Notes under the pieces: model-generated
Seen by the model: only the letters and a program-made list of their open reading frames with translations
Database searches by the model: none
What the model was told of the DNA's origin: nothing
Assembly: GCA_046753845.1 (NCBI GenBank)
Contig: JBHHUP010000003.1
Location: 6,236-70,235 of the forward strand
From: Thermodesulfobacteriota bacterium
GTDB taxonomy: Bacteria; Desulfobacterota; GWC2-55-46; JADFVP01
Direction: 5' to 3'
Length of the DNA: 64,000 nt
Shown here: positions 44,118 to 53,577 of the stretch, piece by piece
How positions within the stretch are numbered: the stretch's first letter is position 1
Layout of the letters: each line of letters opens with the position of its first letter
Translations under genes and position numbers: made by a program

Positions 44118-44144
44118 TTATCGGCAGCAAGGTAAGAAACTTTA
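44118..44144 (-). promoter_or_regulatory. sigma-28 (FliA) promoter of the flagellin operon, perfect consensus
   Basis: Minus-strand reading: TAAAGTTT-cttaccttgct-GCCGATAA, about 120 nt upstream of the flagellin ATG and just after the stop of the upstream gene. Confidence 0.75.
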
Positions 44145-44152
44145 ATACCTGC

Positions 44153-44788
44153 TCACATATCGCCTCGGCTGAAGACCTTTTCCTCCATTTCTTTAAGGAG
44201 CGGTGTCAACTCATATTCGAGTATATCGGCAAGAAGCACATTATCGAGGGCCAGCCTCGCGTCCTTTAACGCAGACATATTCCGCAGTATATCCTCGTAA
44301 TAGGTTAGGGGATTTTCTTTAAATACATCTATGCTGTAAGCAAGGCCGCATTTATAGAGCGCGTCCATGGTCCTTACCATCTCTCCGGTGCTCTCAATAA
44401 TAGCGCCAAGGTAGTTATCTATCTCGCCTGAGCCGCGTCTGAGCGCGCCTGTCATATTCATCGCGAGCTCGCAGATAAAGGTAATGTACTCGCCAACAGT
44501 GTATATACCCTGCAGTACAACGTGGTCAATGCCGCTCGTAAAGAGCCGTAACTCGCCATAGCTTTTAAGGGGCTTATTAATAGCAGAGGCGTCCTTCCAC
44601 AAAGCGCCCTCGTTTCTGCCGTCAACCCATAACTCCATAATAAAACGCCTTAAGGGTTTTAAATCAGACTCCACGGCATCAACAAGATCGCCTACGGTAG
44701 AGCTTACTTTTACGCCGCTAAAATCCAGCCGGGCATCGTCAAGGTATATTTCCGTAATCATAGGAGACTCCTTTCTTGCTTTTTTCAC
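44153..44788 (-). CDS. hypothetical protein translationally coupled (ATGA) to the Maf-family gene
   Basis: 211 aa. No recognizable motif. 4-nt overlap with the upstream maf-like gene. Confidence 0.4.
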   Translation of the reverse strand: MKKARKESPMITEIYLDDARLDFSGVKVSSTVGDLVDAVESDLKPLRRFIMELWVDGRNEGALWKDASAINKPLKSYGELRLFTSGIDHVVLQGIYTVGEYITFICELAMNMTGALRRGSGEIDNYLGAIIESTGEMVRTMDALYKCGLAYSIDVFKENPLTYYEDILRNMSALKDARLALDNVLLADILEYELTPLLKEMEEKVFSRGDM

Positions 44789-46701
44789 TTTTTATTAACA
44801 GCAACCGGCATCTCTGCTTGCCCCTCCAAATTCAAGCACCGAACCTTTTTAAGGGCATCTGATATCTTGGGCAGGAAAAGAAGACACATCTTACGTACCT
44901 CCTTGTATGTGCGTATAGTACGATCGATATCCTTTCTGAACTGGTCTTCTGTTGAGCTCTCCTCATCCTCTTTCAGGTACTCCTTAAGGTCGTATGTATA
45001 CTCAACAAGGGCCTCCCAGAGAAAAGAGACCTCGCAGACAGCCTTAAAGAGCCTGCGTTCCTTTCTCCTTATCCTGTCAAGTTTACCGCTAAGCTCGGTA
45101 CGAAGCCCCCTGGATATAAAATCAACCTTAAGTACGCCGGCCCCCTTGATTATCTCCCCGGAGAGTTTTTCAACAATTCTTACCCTGTCTCGAAGTTTTG
45201 TAAAAGACTCTATAAGCCCTCTTATGTCTACATCAGGGGGCGTGCTCTCGCTTTGATGAAGTATCTTGTCCACGTCTACGGGTTTTTGCAGGTGCCTTCT
45301 GATAACCTCTTTGAGGGTTGTATGCTCCATGCCCTTTATAAAGGCCCCGCCCTCAGTGGCGTTGTATACACGGATTGAGGGAAACTGCTCTTTAAGCAGC
45401 GCAGTATAACGCTCAAACCACTGATGAAAGGTTACCCAGTCGTATTTGCTCGCTACGGGTTCACCGTTAAAACCTTGCAGCCACAGCAGCTTATGCGTAA
45501 TAGTACGCCGGTGACCTGATATATAATGCTCTTTTACACTGACAAGCCCCTTATCCTTGTCAATGGATATCCTCTGCTTATCGTAAACGCCTCCGCCAAC
45601 GTGGGTCATGTTTTTATCAAAGGCAAGATCCTGGCCGAGAAATATTATAGGGTCGCAGCCGAACATTACGCCCATATCAAACATGGCCGTAGTTACGGAG
45701 CCGCCGATTGATACAAAGGACTTACTCCCCCAGAGGCGCGCCTGCTGAAGGCTCAAGGCGATAAAGGGGCTGTAGAAGATAAATTTACCATGGGCTTCGC
45801 GCTTGAACATCTCCGGATGCGAGACCTCTGAGAGTATAAGGCGTATCTTTTTATCGGCCTCACCGCCGTCAAAGTATTCATCAAGATTAACTTTTTCTCC
45901 TGATATTACCGCGTGCGGCACGATACCGTAGCTTAGCAGGCTCTTATAAGCGGTTACGGCGGAGACTATAAAGGCCTTGTCTTTTAGCTCCGCAAGAAGT
46001 GATACGTTTTTTCGAAGCGATGGCCCGGCACCTACGATAATCATGGGAACGCCCTTGAATTGGTCACGCATAACATCTACAGAGGGATAGACAGGAAAGG
46101 CGTCGAGGTTGGCGAAATAATTCATCAGCCAGTCCAGCCTTGAGTCTATCTCTGTCTTTATGCCAACCATCTGCGAGGTATGGGCGTTCTGTATCTTAAC
46201 GAGAAATTCCTTAAGCTCACCCTGGAAGGTCAACCTGTAAGGCATGGTGTGGTAGCCGATGATACTGTCAACCCCTTCTGTAAACTGCTGAACCCGTGCG
46301 ATAAAGGGCCCTATATAATTTGCAAGGTAGACCCTCTGTCCGGAGAATTCTTTACTGAGGTCTATCTTCATAAGCACAGCCTTTAGTATCTCCATAGAGG
46401 GCTCATAGATAAAAATTTTCTGTGTGCCGCGCTTTAAGAGGGTAGACATAAGGTAACCGCATCCGAGTCCGAATAAGGCCACGGAGTCGGGTTTCTTGCC
46501 GAGTATCTCTTCGGCCTGCTCGTCAGCCTCCTTCCACGGCCCGTACTGGCTGTTAAAGAGGCGTCCCTTGTAGGAGAGGACAAACTCCTTATTCTTACCT
46601 CTGTAGATCTTGGCTACGTCCTTATTAAAGGCGCGCAGTCTCTCGGCGAGGATGCTGTCCTGTTTTGCTATGGCGGCGCAGTTAGTCTCGAAAATACTCA
46701 T
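44785..46701 (-). CDS. maf: motility-associated factor (Maf/DUF115 family) putative flagellin nonulosonic-acid glycosyltransferase
   Basis: 638 aa. The central 'GVPMIIVGAGPSL...NATEGGAF' MptE/DUF115-like core is typical of Campylobacter/Helicobacter/Aeromonas Maf proteins. Adjacent to flagellin and the pse genes. Confidence 0.65.
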   Translation of the reverse strand: MSIFETNCAAIAKQDSILAERLRAFNKDVAKIYRGKNKEFVLSYKGRLFNSQYGPWKEADEQAEEILGKKPDSVALFGLGCGYLMSTLLKRGTQKIFIYEPSMEILKAVLMKIDLSKEFSGQRVYLANYIGPFIARVQQFTEGVDSIIGYHTMPYRLTFQGELKEFLVKIQNAHTSQMVGIKTEIDSRLDWLMNYFANLDAFPVYPSVDVMRDQFKGVPMIIVGAGPSLRKNVSLLAELKDKAFIVSAVTAYKSLLSYGIVPHAVISGEKVNLDEYFDGGEADKKIRLILSEVSHPEMFKREAHGKFIFYSPFIALSLQQARLWGSKSFVSIGGSVTTAMFDMGVMFGCDPIIFLGQDLAFDKNMTHVGGGVYDKQRISIDKDKGLVSVKEHYISGHRRTITHKLLWLQGFNGEPVASKYDWVTFHQWFERYTALLKEQFPSIRVYNATEGGAFIKGMEHTTLKEVIRRHLQKPVDVDKILHQSESTPPDVDIRGLIESFTKLRDRVRIVEKLSGEIIKGAGVLKVDFISRGLRTELSGKLDRIRRKERRLFKAVCEVSFLWEALVEYTYDLKEYLKEDEESSTEDQFRKDIDRTIRTYKEVRKMCLLFLPKISDALKKVRCLNLEGQAEMPVAVNKK

Positions 46702-46732
46702 ATCAATACCCCGTACTTTTTACCATGGCAGG

Positions 46733-48823
46733 TTACATTACCTTCTCTGCCATGACCTTGAATCTTACCTCGTTAATTCCTCGCCATACCCAATAGGCCG
46801 TATCATCAACCTCGCCAGCGGAGTGATAGAGGCGCAGAAAAAACTCATTACCGGGTTCGCTGTAATTTATCATGGGCACGGTGTGCACAATGTTGCGCTC
46901 CGAAGATATGCATAGGGTCTTTTTCCTGTCCCCAAAGCTTACCCATCCTTCCGTGGCCCCAAGACAGCTTGTGCCCGATATGGCCGGGCTTACGGGCTTC
47001 GCGTGAGAGAGACTGCGACCGCTTAAGCTGAACCTCTCAGGCCCCGTACCGCCGTTAATGGTCTCGAACCACAGGTCTTTCTTATCAAAGGCCCCGGGCA
47101 TAAGCGTAAATATACCGAGGCGCAGGCTTGAAGCCGCCAGTCCCCGTGCCGTCAGCCTGTAGCTTAGAGTAAATTCATCCCCGCCCCGGGGGATTTGATA
47201 CTCCTTTACAAGCCTGCCTATGGACGTATCAATTACCGCGCTTATACGCACCCCGGCCTCGTCTTCAATCACAGTTGGCACGACAGGCACAAGGTCCGTA
47301 GTCTTTGTGCCGGCTCGGTCCGTATGTATGAGATGCCCTGAAAAAAAATCGGCCCCGAGCTCAATGGAATCAAAGTAACCGTGCCCGAGGGTGCCGAGCA
47401 GAGGCCGCGCTGAGACATGGGGAAAAAGAACCGAGGCAAGGGCAAGGCCCCTGTCTTTCAAAAACTCAATCTCAACCCTGCCGGTGGAGATGCGAAGGCG
47501 CCTTGCGTCCTCGTAGACCCTGACCTTGCTCCTGCCCGCCAGAGCCCTTGCCCCCTTTACAGGTAAAGAGAAGGCCACGCCCCCTGTGGTGCCCGTAGCG
47601 CGGAGCGCCCCTTCCTGTACAATGGATTCACTTCGCGCGAGATCCATGGAACCTTCAAGAGTAAGGTTTTTCCCTCTCTCCAGAAGACCGGCCTTGGAGA
47701 TTAGAGACCTGGTCTCAAAACTCAGCCACCCCAGTCGTTCGTTTAAATAAGCGAGCTTATCATCAGTGGTGTTTGTACGAAAATCACTGCCCCAGACCTC
47801 ACATAGCATCTCACACAGCTCACCCCTCCCCCGTAGCGCGCCCCCTGCCTCAAGGGCCAAAAGCTTCTTATATACACCGAGACACCGCGCGTTAAGATGG
47901 GCGCTGTCCCTACCCGTGACGCTCCACCTTAGCGGGTTGTACCGCTCCTGCTTCTTGCATACAATGGGCGTCTCCGTTGATTCAAGCCTTATGGGCGGGG
48001 CGTCGGAGCTACCCTTGAATTGACGTAGAATTTCCTCTGGCCTTAAAAGGGCAAATCTCTTCTCCATTATCAGCCCCTTTAAGAGCTCTCTTATCCTCTT
48101 AAAATCCCCCCGCGGCATCCGGCCGAGCCCCGGCCTGTAATCAAAGACCTCGGCGTCATTGGAATAGGCCACAAAGGCCCTCTCCTGCTCCTTATTATAA
48201 TGAGAGAGCAGATACTCTCTGTATTCTCTGGTAGATAGCTCGCCGCTGACGCATCGGCCAAACTTCTGAAAGGCTATGGAGTTTGACCATAGCAGCCCCA
48301 TGGACTCGCCGGGAAGCCTTCCGGCGGCCCTCTGCGGCGAGTACATAATCTCCGGCGCATACTCGTTATGACGGGAGCAGTTATTCCAGTCCATGATTAA
48401 GGCATCATAACCGGCCTCTTTATATAACCCCACAAGCCCGGCAGAAAAGGTCTGCTCATTGACAAGGGCTACTGATGGGCTAAACCCGAGAATTTCCTCG
48501 TAATACTTATTGCCAAGCTCAAGGTTCCATCTGTTAACCCCGGCCGGAATTAGAGGCATAATTGACTGAGCGTAACCTGAGCCGATAAAACTCATCCTGC
48601 CCGACCTTAATAACTCCTTAAGGCCTCGGGTAAAGGCCGGGTCTATGCTTTGAACCTCGCGAAGGGTCCATGCAGGCATCTCAATGGCGATAGGAATCCC
48701 CTCCTCGGCCATACGAAGTAAGGGCCAATAGCAGTTTTTGATAACAACAGGAAACTCCTCTCTCGCTATGAGAGAAAAAGCCAGATTGCAGTGAAATAAT
48801 ACGTAAAGGTTAAGCCTTGCCAT
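46733..48823 (-). CDS. large protein with a GH57-like N-terminal domain, function unknown
   Basis: 696 aa. The N-terminal 'LNLYVLFHCNLAFS' block resembles the GH57 / (beta/alpha)7 glycoside-hydrolase-like fold. The C-terminal half is uncharacterized. Co-operonic with maf. Confidence 0.35.
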   Translation of the reverse strand: MARLNLYVLFHCNLAFSLIAREEFPVVIKNCYWPLLRMAEEGIPIAIEMPAWTLREVQSIDPAFTRGLKELLRSGRMSFIGSGYAQSIMPLIPAGVNRWNLELGNKYYEEILGFSPSVALVNEQTFSAGLVGLYKEAGYDALIMDWNNCSRHNEYAPEIMYSPQRAAGRLPGESMGLLWSNSIAFQKFGRCVSGELSTREYREYLLSHYNKEQERAFVAYSNDAEVFDYRPGLGRMPRGDFKRIRELLKGLIMEKRFALLRPEEILRQFKGSSDAPPIRLESTETPIVCKKQERYNPLRWSVTGRDSAHLNARCLGVYKKLLALEAGGALRGRGELCEMLCEVWGSDFRTNTTDDKLAYLNERLGWLSFETRSLISKAGLLERGKNLTLEGSMDLARSESIVQEGALRATGTTGGVAFSLPVKGARALAGRSKVRVYEDARRLRISTGRVEIEFLKDRGLALASVLFPHVSARPLLGTLGHGYFDSIELGADFFSGHLIHTDRAGTKTTDLVPVVPTVIEDEAGVRISAVIDTSIGRLVKEYQIPRGGDEFTLSYRLTARGLAASSLRLGIFTLMPGAFDKKDLWFETINGGTGPERFSLSGRSLSHAKPVSPAISGTSCLGATEGWVSFGDRKKTLCISSERNIVHTVPMINYSEPGNEFFLRLYHSAGEVDDTAYWVWRGINEVRFKVMAEKVM

Positions 48824-48857
48824 AACGGGTTATCCCTTCTTTTGTCAAAAAAATTCT

Positions 48858-50438
48858 TTACGGGTATCTCTCACTCATCTTAAGTAGATCGTACTTTACA
48901 AACATGCCCGATGTCTCGTAGAGGACTTTTAGGAATATGGGCCTCTTTCTGCGCCATACATCGCTAATGTATCTGGGTGCGGCAGCGGGGTTTGACTTTA
49001 TGAGGTGATGGGTGCGGTCGGCCTCAACAATGGTCTCAATGTACTTCGAGGTAAAATCCCCTGTCGTAATATTCGGTTTTACCACCTCGAGCTTATCGTA
49101 GCTGAAGCCATCGGAAAACAGGCCCTCGGTCTCGCACCTCTTGAATAACTCCGTGCCCGGCAGAGGAGTAGCGATGTAGATTTCCCTGCTGTCAAATAAA
49201 CCGCTGTAGTTGGCCATGTACAGTGACCTTCTGATGTCCTTTTTTGTCTCTCCTGGCAGGCCTATGACAAAGGTTCCCGTAAGGTGCACGCCTTTTTTTC
49301 TCGCATACCGCAGCACCTCCATGGCCTTTGTTAACTTAAGAGGTTTTTTAACTACCCTTGTAAGCACCTCCTGAACACCTGACTCTATGGCAAAACCCAT
49401 TGAGGTACATCCTATCTCCATTAGTTTATCGATAAGCTCCTCATCCATGCACCAGAGCGCGAGGACCATGAAGTGAATCTCAAGTTTAAAACCCTGCCTC
49501 TTGAACTGGTCGCAGAACTCCTTTGCACGGGCCTTGTCATGGGTGAAGTTATCGTCTATTATCATGAGTTTTTTTATCTTGTATCTGTCTACCAGAAAAC
49601 GTATCTCAGCGAAAACCTCGTCGAGCTTACGGGCCCGAAACCTCCGCCCCATGGTGCGGTGCACGGAGCAGAAGACGCATGTCCCGGCGCACCCTCTGGT
49701 GGTAAGCACCGTGGGCATGGCCTGAGGCTCGCCCCAGGTAACCTTATTGGGTTTATAGTTACTGGAATATTTTTCGTATGGAAATAAATGCCATGCAGGG
49801 TAGGGCAGCGCGTCAAGGTCGGCTATAAAGGGACCCTGTGCGTTATTTACCACCGCCTCACCGTCTCTCCAGACAAGGCCCGGAACAGTACCGTATGAAG
49901 GGACATCGTTCTCTTTATTATCCTTATTATCGCTACTCTCTTTACCGCAGTCGCACTTTGCGCAGCCCTTGCAGTTATCACCGATGGCCCGTAGAAGAGC
50001 TGGAAAAGAAAGCTCTGCCTCACCCTTTAAGACAAAGTCTATTGCCCTGTTCTCCATAACCTCCTCTGCCATGGAGGTTGGATGATTGCCGCCCACTACT
50101 ACGACTGCCTCGGGCAGCATCTCCTTTACAAGGCAAGCCGTCTCGTTCATTGAGCCCACCATTACAGAAAAATTACAGCTAATACCCACAAGGTCGGGTG
50201 AGAATTTTTTAATCCTCTCCCTTACCTCATCCATGGGTATACCAACATCCACATATCCCTCTGTAAGAGGCGCATCTCTATCAAGGCCCTCGGTCTGGCA
50301 ATCAAGTATGGCTACGGTATAACCTTCGGCCTCAAGCACGGAGGCAAGGTACATAATCCCCATCGGCGGGTAGACGATGCGTTGGCCCGAGGTGGCTATC
50401 TTCATATTAGGCTGTAAAAGAAGTATCCTCTTTATCAT
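48858..50438 (-). CDS. B12-binding radical SAM enzyme
   Basis: 526 aa. N-terminal cobalamin-binding-like Rossmann region 'VVVVGGNHPTS'. CX3CX2C cluster 'TTRGCAGTCVFCSV'. Confidence 0.75.
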   Translation of the reverse strand: MIKRILLLQPNMKIATSGQRIVYPPMGIMYLASVLEAEGYTVAILDCQTEGLDRDAPLTEGYVDVGIPMDEVRERIKKFSPDLVGISCNFSVMVGSMNETACLVKEMLPEAVVVVGGNHPTSMAEEVMENRAIDFVLKGEAELSFPALLRAIGDNCKGCAKCDCGKESSDNKDNKENDVPSYGTVPGLVWRDGEAVVNNAQGPFIADLDALPYPAWHLFPYEKYSSNYKPNKVTWGEPQAMPTVLTTRGCAGTCVFCSVHRTMGRRFRARKLDEVFAEIRFLVDRYKIKKLMIIDDNFTHDKARAKEFCDQFKRQGFKLEIHFMVLALWCMDEELIDKLMEIGCTSMGFAIESGVQEVLTRVVKKPLKLTKAMEVLRYARKKGVHLTGTFVIGLPGETKKDIRRSLYMANYSGLFDSREIYIATPLPGTELFKRCETEGLFSDGFSYDKLEVVKPNITTGDFTSKYIETIVEADRTHHLIKSNPAAAPRYISDVWRRKRPIFLKVLYETSGMFVKYDLLKMSERYP

Positions 50439-51688
50439 CAGAGAGCCATCCTTAATGGTTTTTCCGTTATAATCTCCACAGCTGATATGGCACGGGCCGC
50501 CCTTGCCGCCGCCTCTTCCCTTGAGTCCCCCGTGGCTATTACCATGCCGGCGCGCCCGGGGTGCGAGACCACGGGAGAGAGGGTATCGCCCTCGTGCACA
50601 TAAAACCTCATTATCTTAATCCCAGGTATGTTCTCAAAGTCAGCGGCGCGGCGTATCTCTTTTACCACCCCCGACTCAGGAAACCAGAACCTCTGCGAGA
50701 CAAATCTCGTGAAATCAGCCCTGTAATCATCTGCCTTTAGACTTACTCCAAGGGCCAGCAATAAGGCCGCCTCTACAAGATTCACCCCCGTTGATAAGGG
50801 GATGGTATGGGTGCAGAAGTACCCGCCGCTAAGCCTTGTAGCCGCCTCTATAAGCACAGGGCCGCTGCCCGTCATTACGATATCGCCCTTAATCGTCCAG
50901 TTATCCATACCAAAGGCGCGGGCCACCTTTAGTATTACCTTGTCTATGGCAACAAGCTCACCGGGCCAGTGACGGGCCGGCAGGTCTCCGCCGTTCTCAA
51001 TGACATAAGGGGCGAACCTGGCGAGATGCTCATAGTTTCTGTCCGATAACCCCGGTGTAGCCACCACACCATCTGCGATAAGGGACTCCGTGCTTACCTG
51101 CTCACCCTCTACCCATTCCTCGGCCATGACACGGCCCGAGGGCGAGTTCTTAAGGGCCTCAGAATAGGCCCACGATGGCTCAACGCCCTCACTCAGCCGC
51201 ACTACGCCCCGTGCCCCCCGGCTGTCAACGGGTTTTACTACAAGGGGCCTCTCCCTCTCCCCCATAAAAACCTTAAGCTCCTCAGCCCCCTTTACAAGGG
51301 CAAACCACGGCACAGGCACGCCCATCTCTTTAAAGGCCTTCTTCATAAGAAACTTATCACTTGCTATGCGCGCTGATTCCACGGAAGGCCCGGGCAGCCC
51401 CAATTCCTCTGCTACTAAGGCTACTGTCATTGGCACATCAGCGGCCGCAGAAATAACACCATCAATGGGTGTACCTTTATTAGATGCCCGCGCAAGCCTC
51501 AGGGTCTCTTCCGCATCATATGTGCTCGCCACGATGGCCTCATGGGCAATGGCAAGACCGGGGGCAGCAGGGTCTCCATCAGATACCACGACTCGAAGGC
51601 CCATCTCACGGGCGCACTCTATAATGGGCAGGGCCTCTACGCCGCCTGAGATTATAAGAATATTTTTTCCCCTTACATTCACGGGCAT
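50438..51688 (-). CDS. ATP-grasp family ligase
   Basis: 416 aa. PreATP-grasp then ATP-grasp ('LVVKPVDSRGARGV', 'AEEWVEGEQVSTESL'). Overlaps neighbouring genes, so operonic. Confidence 0.7.
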   Translation of the reverse strand: MPVNVRGKNILIISGGVEALPIIECAREMGLRVVVSDGDPAAPGLAIAHEAIVASTYDAEETLRLARASNKGTPIDGVISAAADVPMTVALVAEELGLPGPSVESARIASDKFLMKKAFKEMGVPVPWFALVKGAEELKVFMGERERPLVVKPVDSRGARGVVRLSEGVEPSWAYSEALKNSPSGRVMAEEWVEGEQVSTESLIADGVVATPGLSDRNYEHLARFAPYVIENGGDLPARHWPGELVAIDKVILKVARAFGMDNWTIKGDIVMTGSGPVLIEAATRLSGGYFCTHTIPLSTGVNLVEAALLLALGVSLKADDYRADFTRFVSQRFWFPESGVVKEIRRAADFENIPGIKIMRFYVHEGDTLSPVVSHPGRAGMVIATGDSREEAAARAARAISAVEIITEKPLRMAL

Positions 51689-52731
51689 ACAACCACCTTT
51701 ACGGCCTTTGATGTCTTTTTATTAAAGGCGATATCAAAACCGTCCATTATATCTCCAAGTGCCACTTTATGCGTTATAAGCGAGTCTGCCTGCACCAGCC
51801 CGTCAGCAAACAGCCCAAGGGACTTCACAAAGTCACGCCTCCTATAACGCTGCGAGCCGCGGATCTGAATCTCTTTTTCCGTGAGATTCTTCAGATTCAT
51901 CCTCGGCGTCTCGTAATGAACGCCTGAGAGGATAATAATCCCCCCTGCCTCAAGGGCCGCTATTGAGGTAGTTATGGAATCACTCCCATAACCTCCCGCT
52001 GTCTCAAAAGCCAGGTTAAAGCAATCCTCACGACTTAACTCCTCATCACACTCGGCCTCGGGGTCAAGTGCCCTATCAGCGCCCATGGTGATGGCGAGCT
52101 CTCTTTGATAATCATGCCTTCCAAGGGCCGTCACATATGAGGCCCCTGCGAGCTTAAGGGCCCTGATGGTAAGGAGCCCCAGAGTGCCGCATCCTATGAC
52201 AAGGGCCCTTTTTCCGGCTACTGCTCCGGCCACGGAGAGGGCATGAAGAGCATCAGCAAAGGGCTCTACAAGGACGGCCTCATCAAAAGTGAGTTCATCC
52301 GGTATCTCAAAGACATTTGCCGCGGGCAGGGCAACCATATCGGCAAAACCGCCGGGACGGTTAAAGCTCACAAAGGTCGCCTTCCTGCATAGATTTTTTC
52401 GTCCCGCCTTACAGAGAGAGCAGCTCTGGCATGGCACGAGAGGCGAGAGGCAGACTCTTGTGCCCGCCTTCAACCCCCTTACGCCGCGGCCCCTCTGCTC
52501 TACAATACCGCTTATCTCGTGGCCTGCCCAGTACACGGGCACAGGCGGGTCGCGGTAAAAGATATTAAGGTCGCTCCCGCATATGCCGCATGCCTTTACA
52601 CGAATTAGGACCTCGCCTTTTTGCGGCCCGAAAAAACTCCAACGCCGCACCCCAAGCTCACCGGGTCCGTTAAATACGGCGGCCCTAAGCTCCAGACGCT
52701 CTTCTGATCTCTTCTCTAAACATGTACTCAC
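51679..52731 (-). CDS. Zn-dependent alcohol dehydrogenase (MDR; sorbitol/threonine dehydrogenase-like)
   Basis: 'ACGICGSDLNIFY' with 'GHEISGIV' and a GxGxxG Rossmann 'VIGCGTLGL'. The called start overlaps the FSA gene; the true start is probably an internal non-ATG codon. Confidence 0.75.
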   Translation of the reverse strand: MSTCLEKRSEERLELRAAVFNGPGELGVRRWSFFGPQKGEVLIRVKACGICGSDLNIFYRDPPVPVYWAGHEISGIVEQRGRGVRGLKAGTRVCLSPLVPCQSCSLCKAGRKNLCRKATFVSFNRPGGFADMVALPAANVFEIPDELTFDEAVLVEPFADALHALSVAGAVAGKRALVIGCGTLGLLTIRALKLAGASYVTALGRHDYQRELAITMGADRALDPEAECDEELSREDCFNLAFETAGGYGSDSITTSIAALEAGGIIILSGVHYETPRMNLKNLTEKEIQIRGSQRYRRRDFVKSLGLFADGLVQADSLITHKVALGDIMDGFDIAFNKKTSKAVKVVVCP

Positions 52732-53377
52732 GTCCCGGCACCTCCTCCCAGTCTTTTAAGAACTTCTCAAGGTCCATATCAGTCATGGTATTAAGGAGCA
52801 TCTTCTCAAGGATAACAAAAGGCACGGTTGCGATATGAACACCGGCCTTTGCTATCTCAACTATCTGATGAGGGTCGCGAATGCTCGCGGCTATTACCTC
52901 GGTCTTGGAGTCATGACGCAGTAAGGCATCCATAAGCTCACGCACCATGCCAAGGCCGTCGTAGCCCCTGTCCTCAAGGCGGCCGATAAAGGGACTGACA
53001 TAATCAGCTCCGGCCATACTGGCAAGAAGTGCCTGTGTGGGTGAGAATACAAGCGTAAGGTTGGTCTTTACTGACTCGCCGCGAAGCAGCGTCAATGCCT
53101 CCATGCCCGCGGGGTTGGCCGGAAGCTTCACAACAACGTTACGTGATATCTCCGATAGCTTTCTTGCCTGATCGGCCATGGCCTCGCCTTCTCTATCCAC
53201 TACCTCAAGGCTTACGGGCATGGGATATACGGTCTCGCATATCTCTGTTGCAAGTGAGCAAAAATCCCTCTTCTGCCTTGAGATAATAGATGGATTTGTC
53301 GTTATACCGCTTAGCACTCCCCAAGACTTTGCCCTTTTTATCTCTTTAATATCAGCTGTATCTAAGAATAACTTCAT
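52685..53377 (-). CDS. fructose-6-phosphate aldolase / transaldolase (TalC/FSA subfamily)
   Basis: 230 aa. 'MKLFLDTADIKEIK...GVLSGITTNPSI' and the Schiff-base Lys region 'VVVKLPAN'. SD GGAGGA 5 nt upstream. Confidence 0.8.
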   Translation of the reverse strand: MKLFLDTADIKEIKRAKSWGVLSGITTNPSIISRQKRDFCSLATEICETVYPMPVSLEVVDREGEAMADQARKLSEISRNVVVKLPANPAGMEALTLLRGESVKTNLTLVFSPTQALLASMAGADYVSPFIGRLEDRGYDGLGMVRELMDALLRHDSKTEVIAASIRDPHQIVEIAKAGVHIATVPFVILEKMLLNTMTDMDLEKFLKDWEEVPGREYMFREEIRRASGA

Positions 53378-53441
53378 ACTAATCCTCCATATTTATAGGC
53401 CTTGTTAACTTCGCTCTCCTTCCCGCCTGCTCCACCGCTTT

Positions 53442-53542
53442 ATCGCGCCTGCCCCCCCTGTTGCACTCTACCTTTTCTGTCCTGCCCCACTTCGCGCCCT
53501 ACCCCCTCCCCACCCTGCACCTTCGCACCCTGCCCCCTCCCC
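53442..53542 (-). other. G-run-rich repeat element on the transcribed strand in the 200-nt ADH-FSA intercistronic gap
   Basis: Plus strand holds three copies of tcgcRcc(c)tRccccctcccc (53442-53460, 53491-53511, 53522-53542). On the mRNA these are GGGGAGGGGG(C/T)AGGG(C/T)GCGAA, that is many G3-G7 tracts. Confidence 0.5.
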
Positions 53543-53577
53543 TTTTTCATCACCACATCAGCCCCCTTTAAAGCCCA

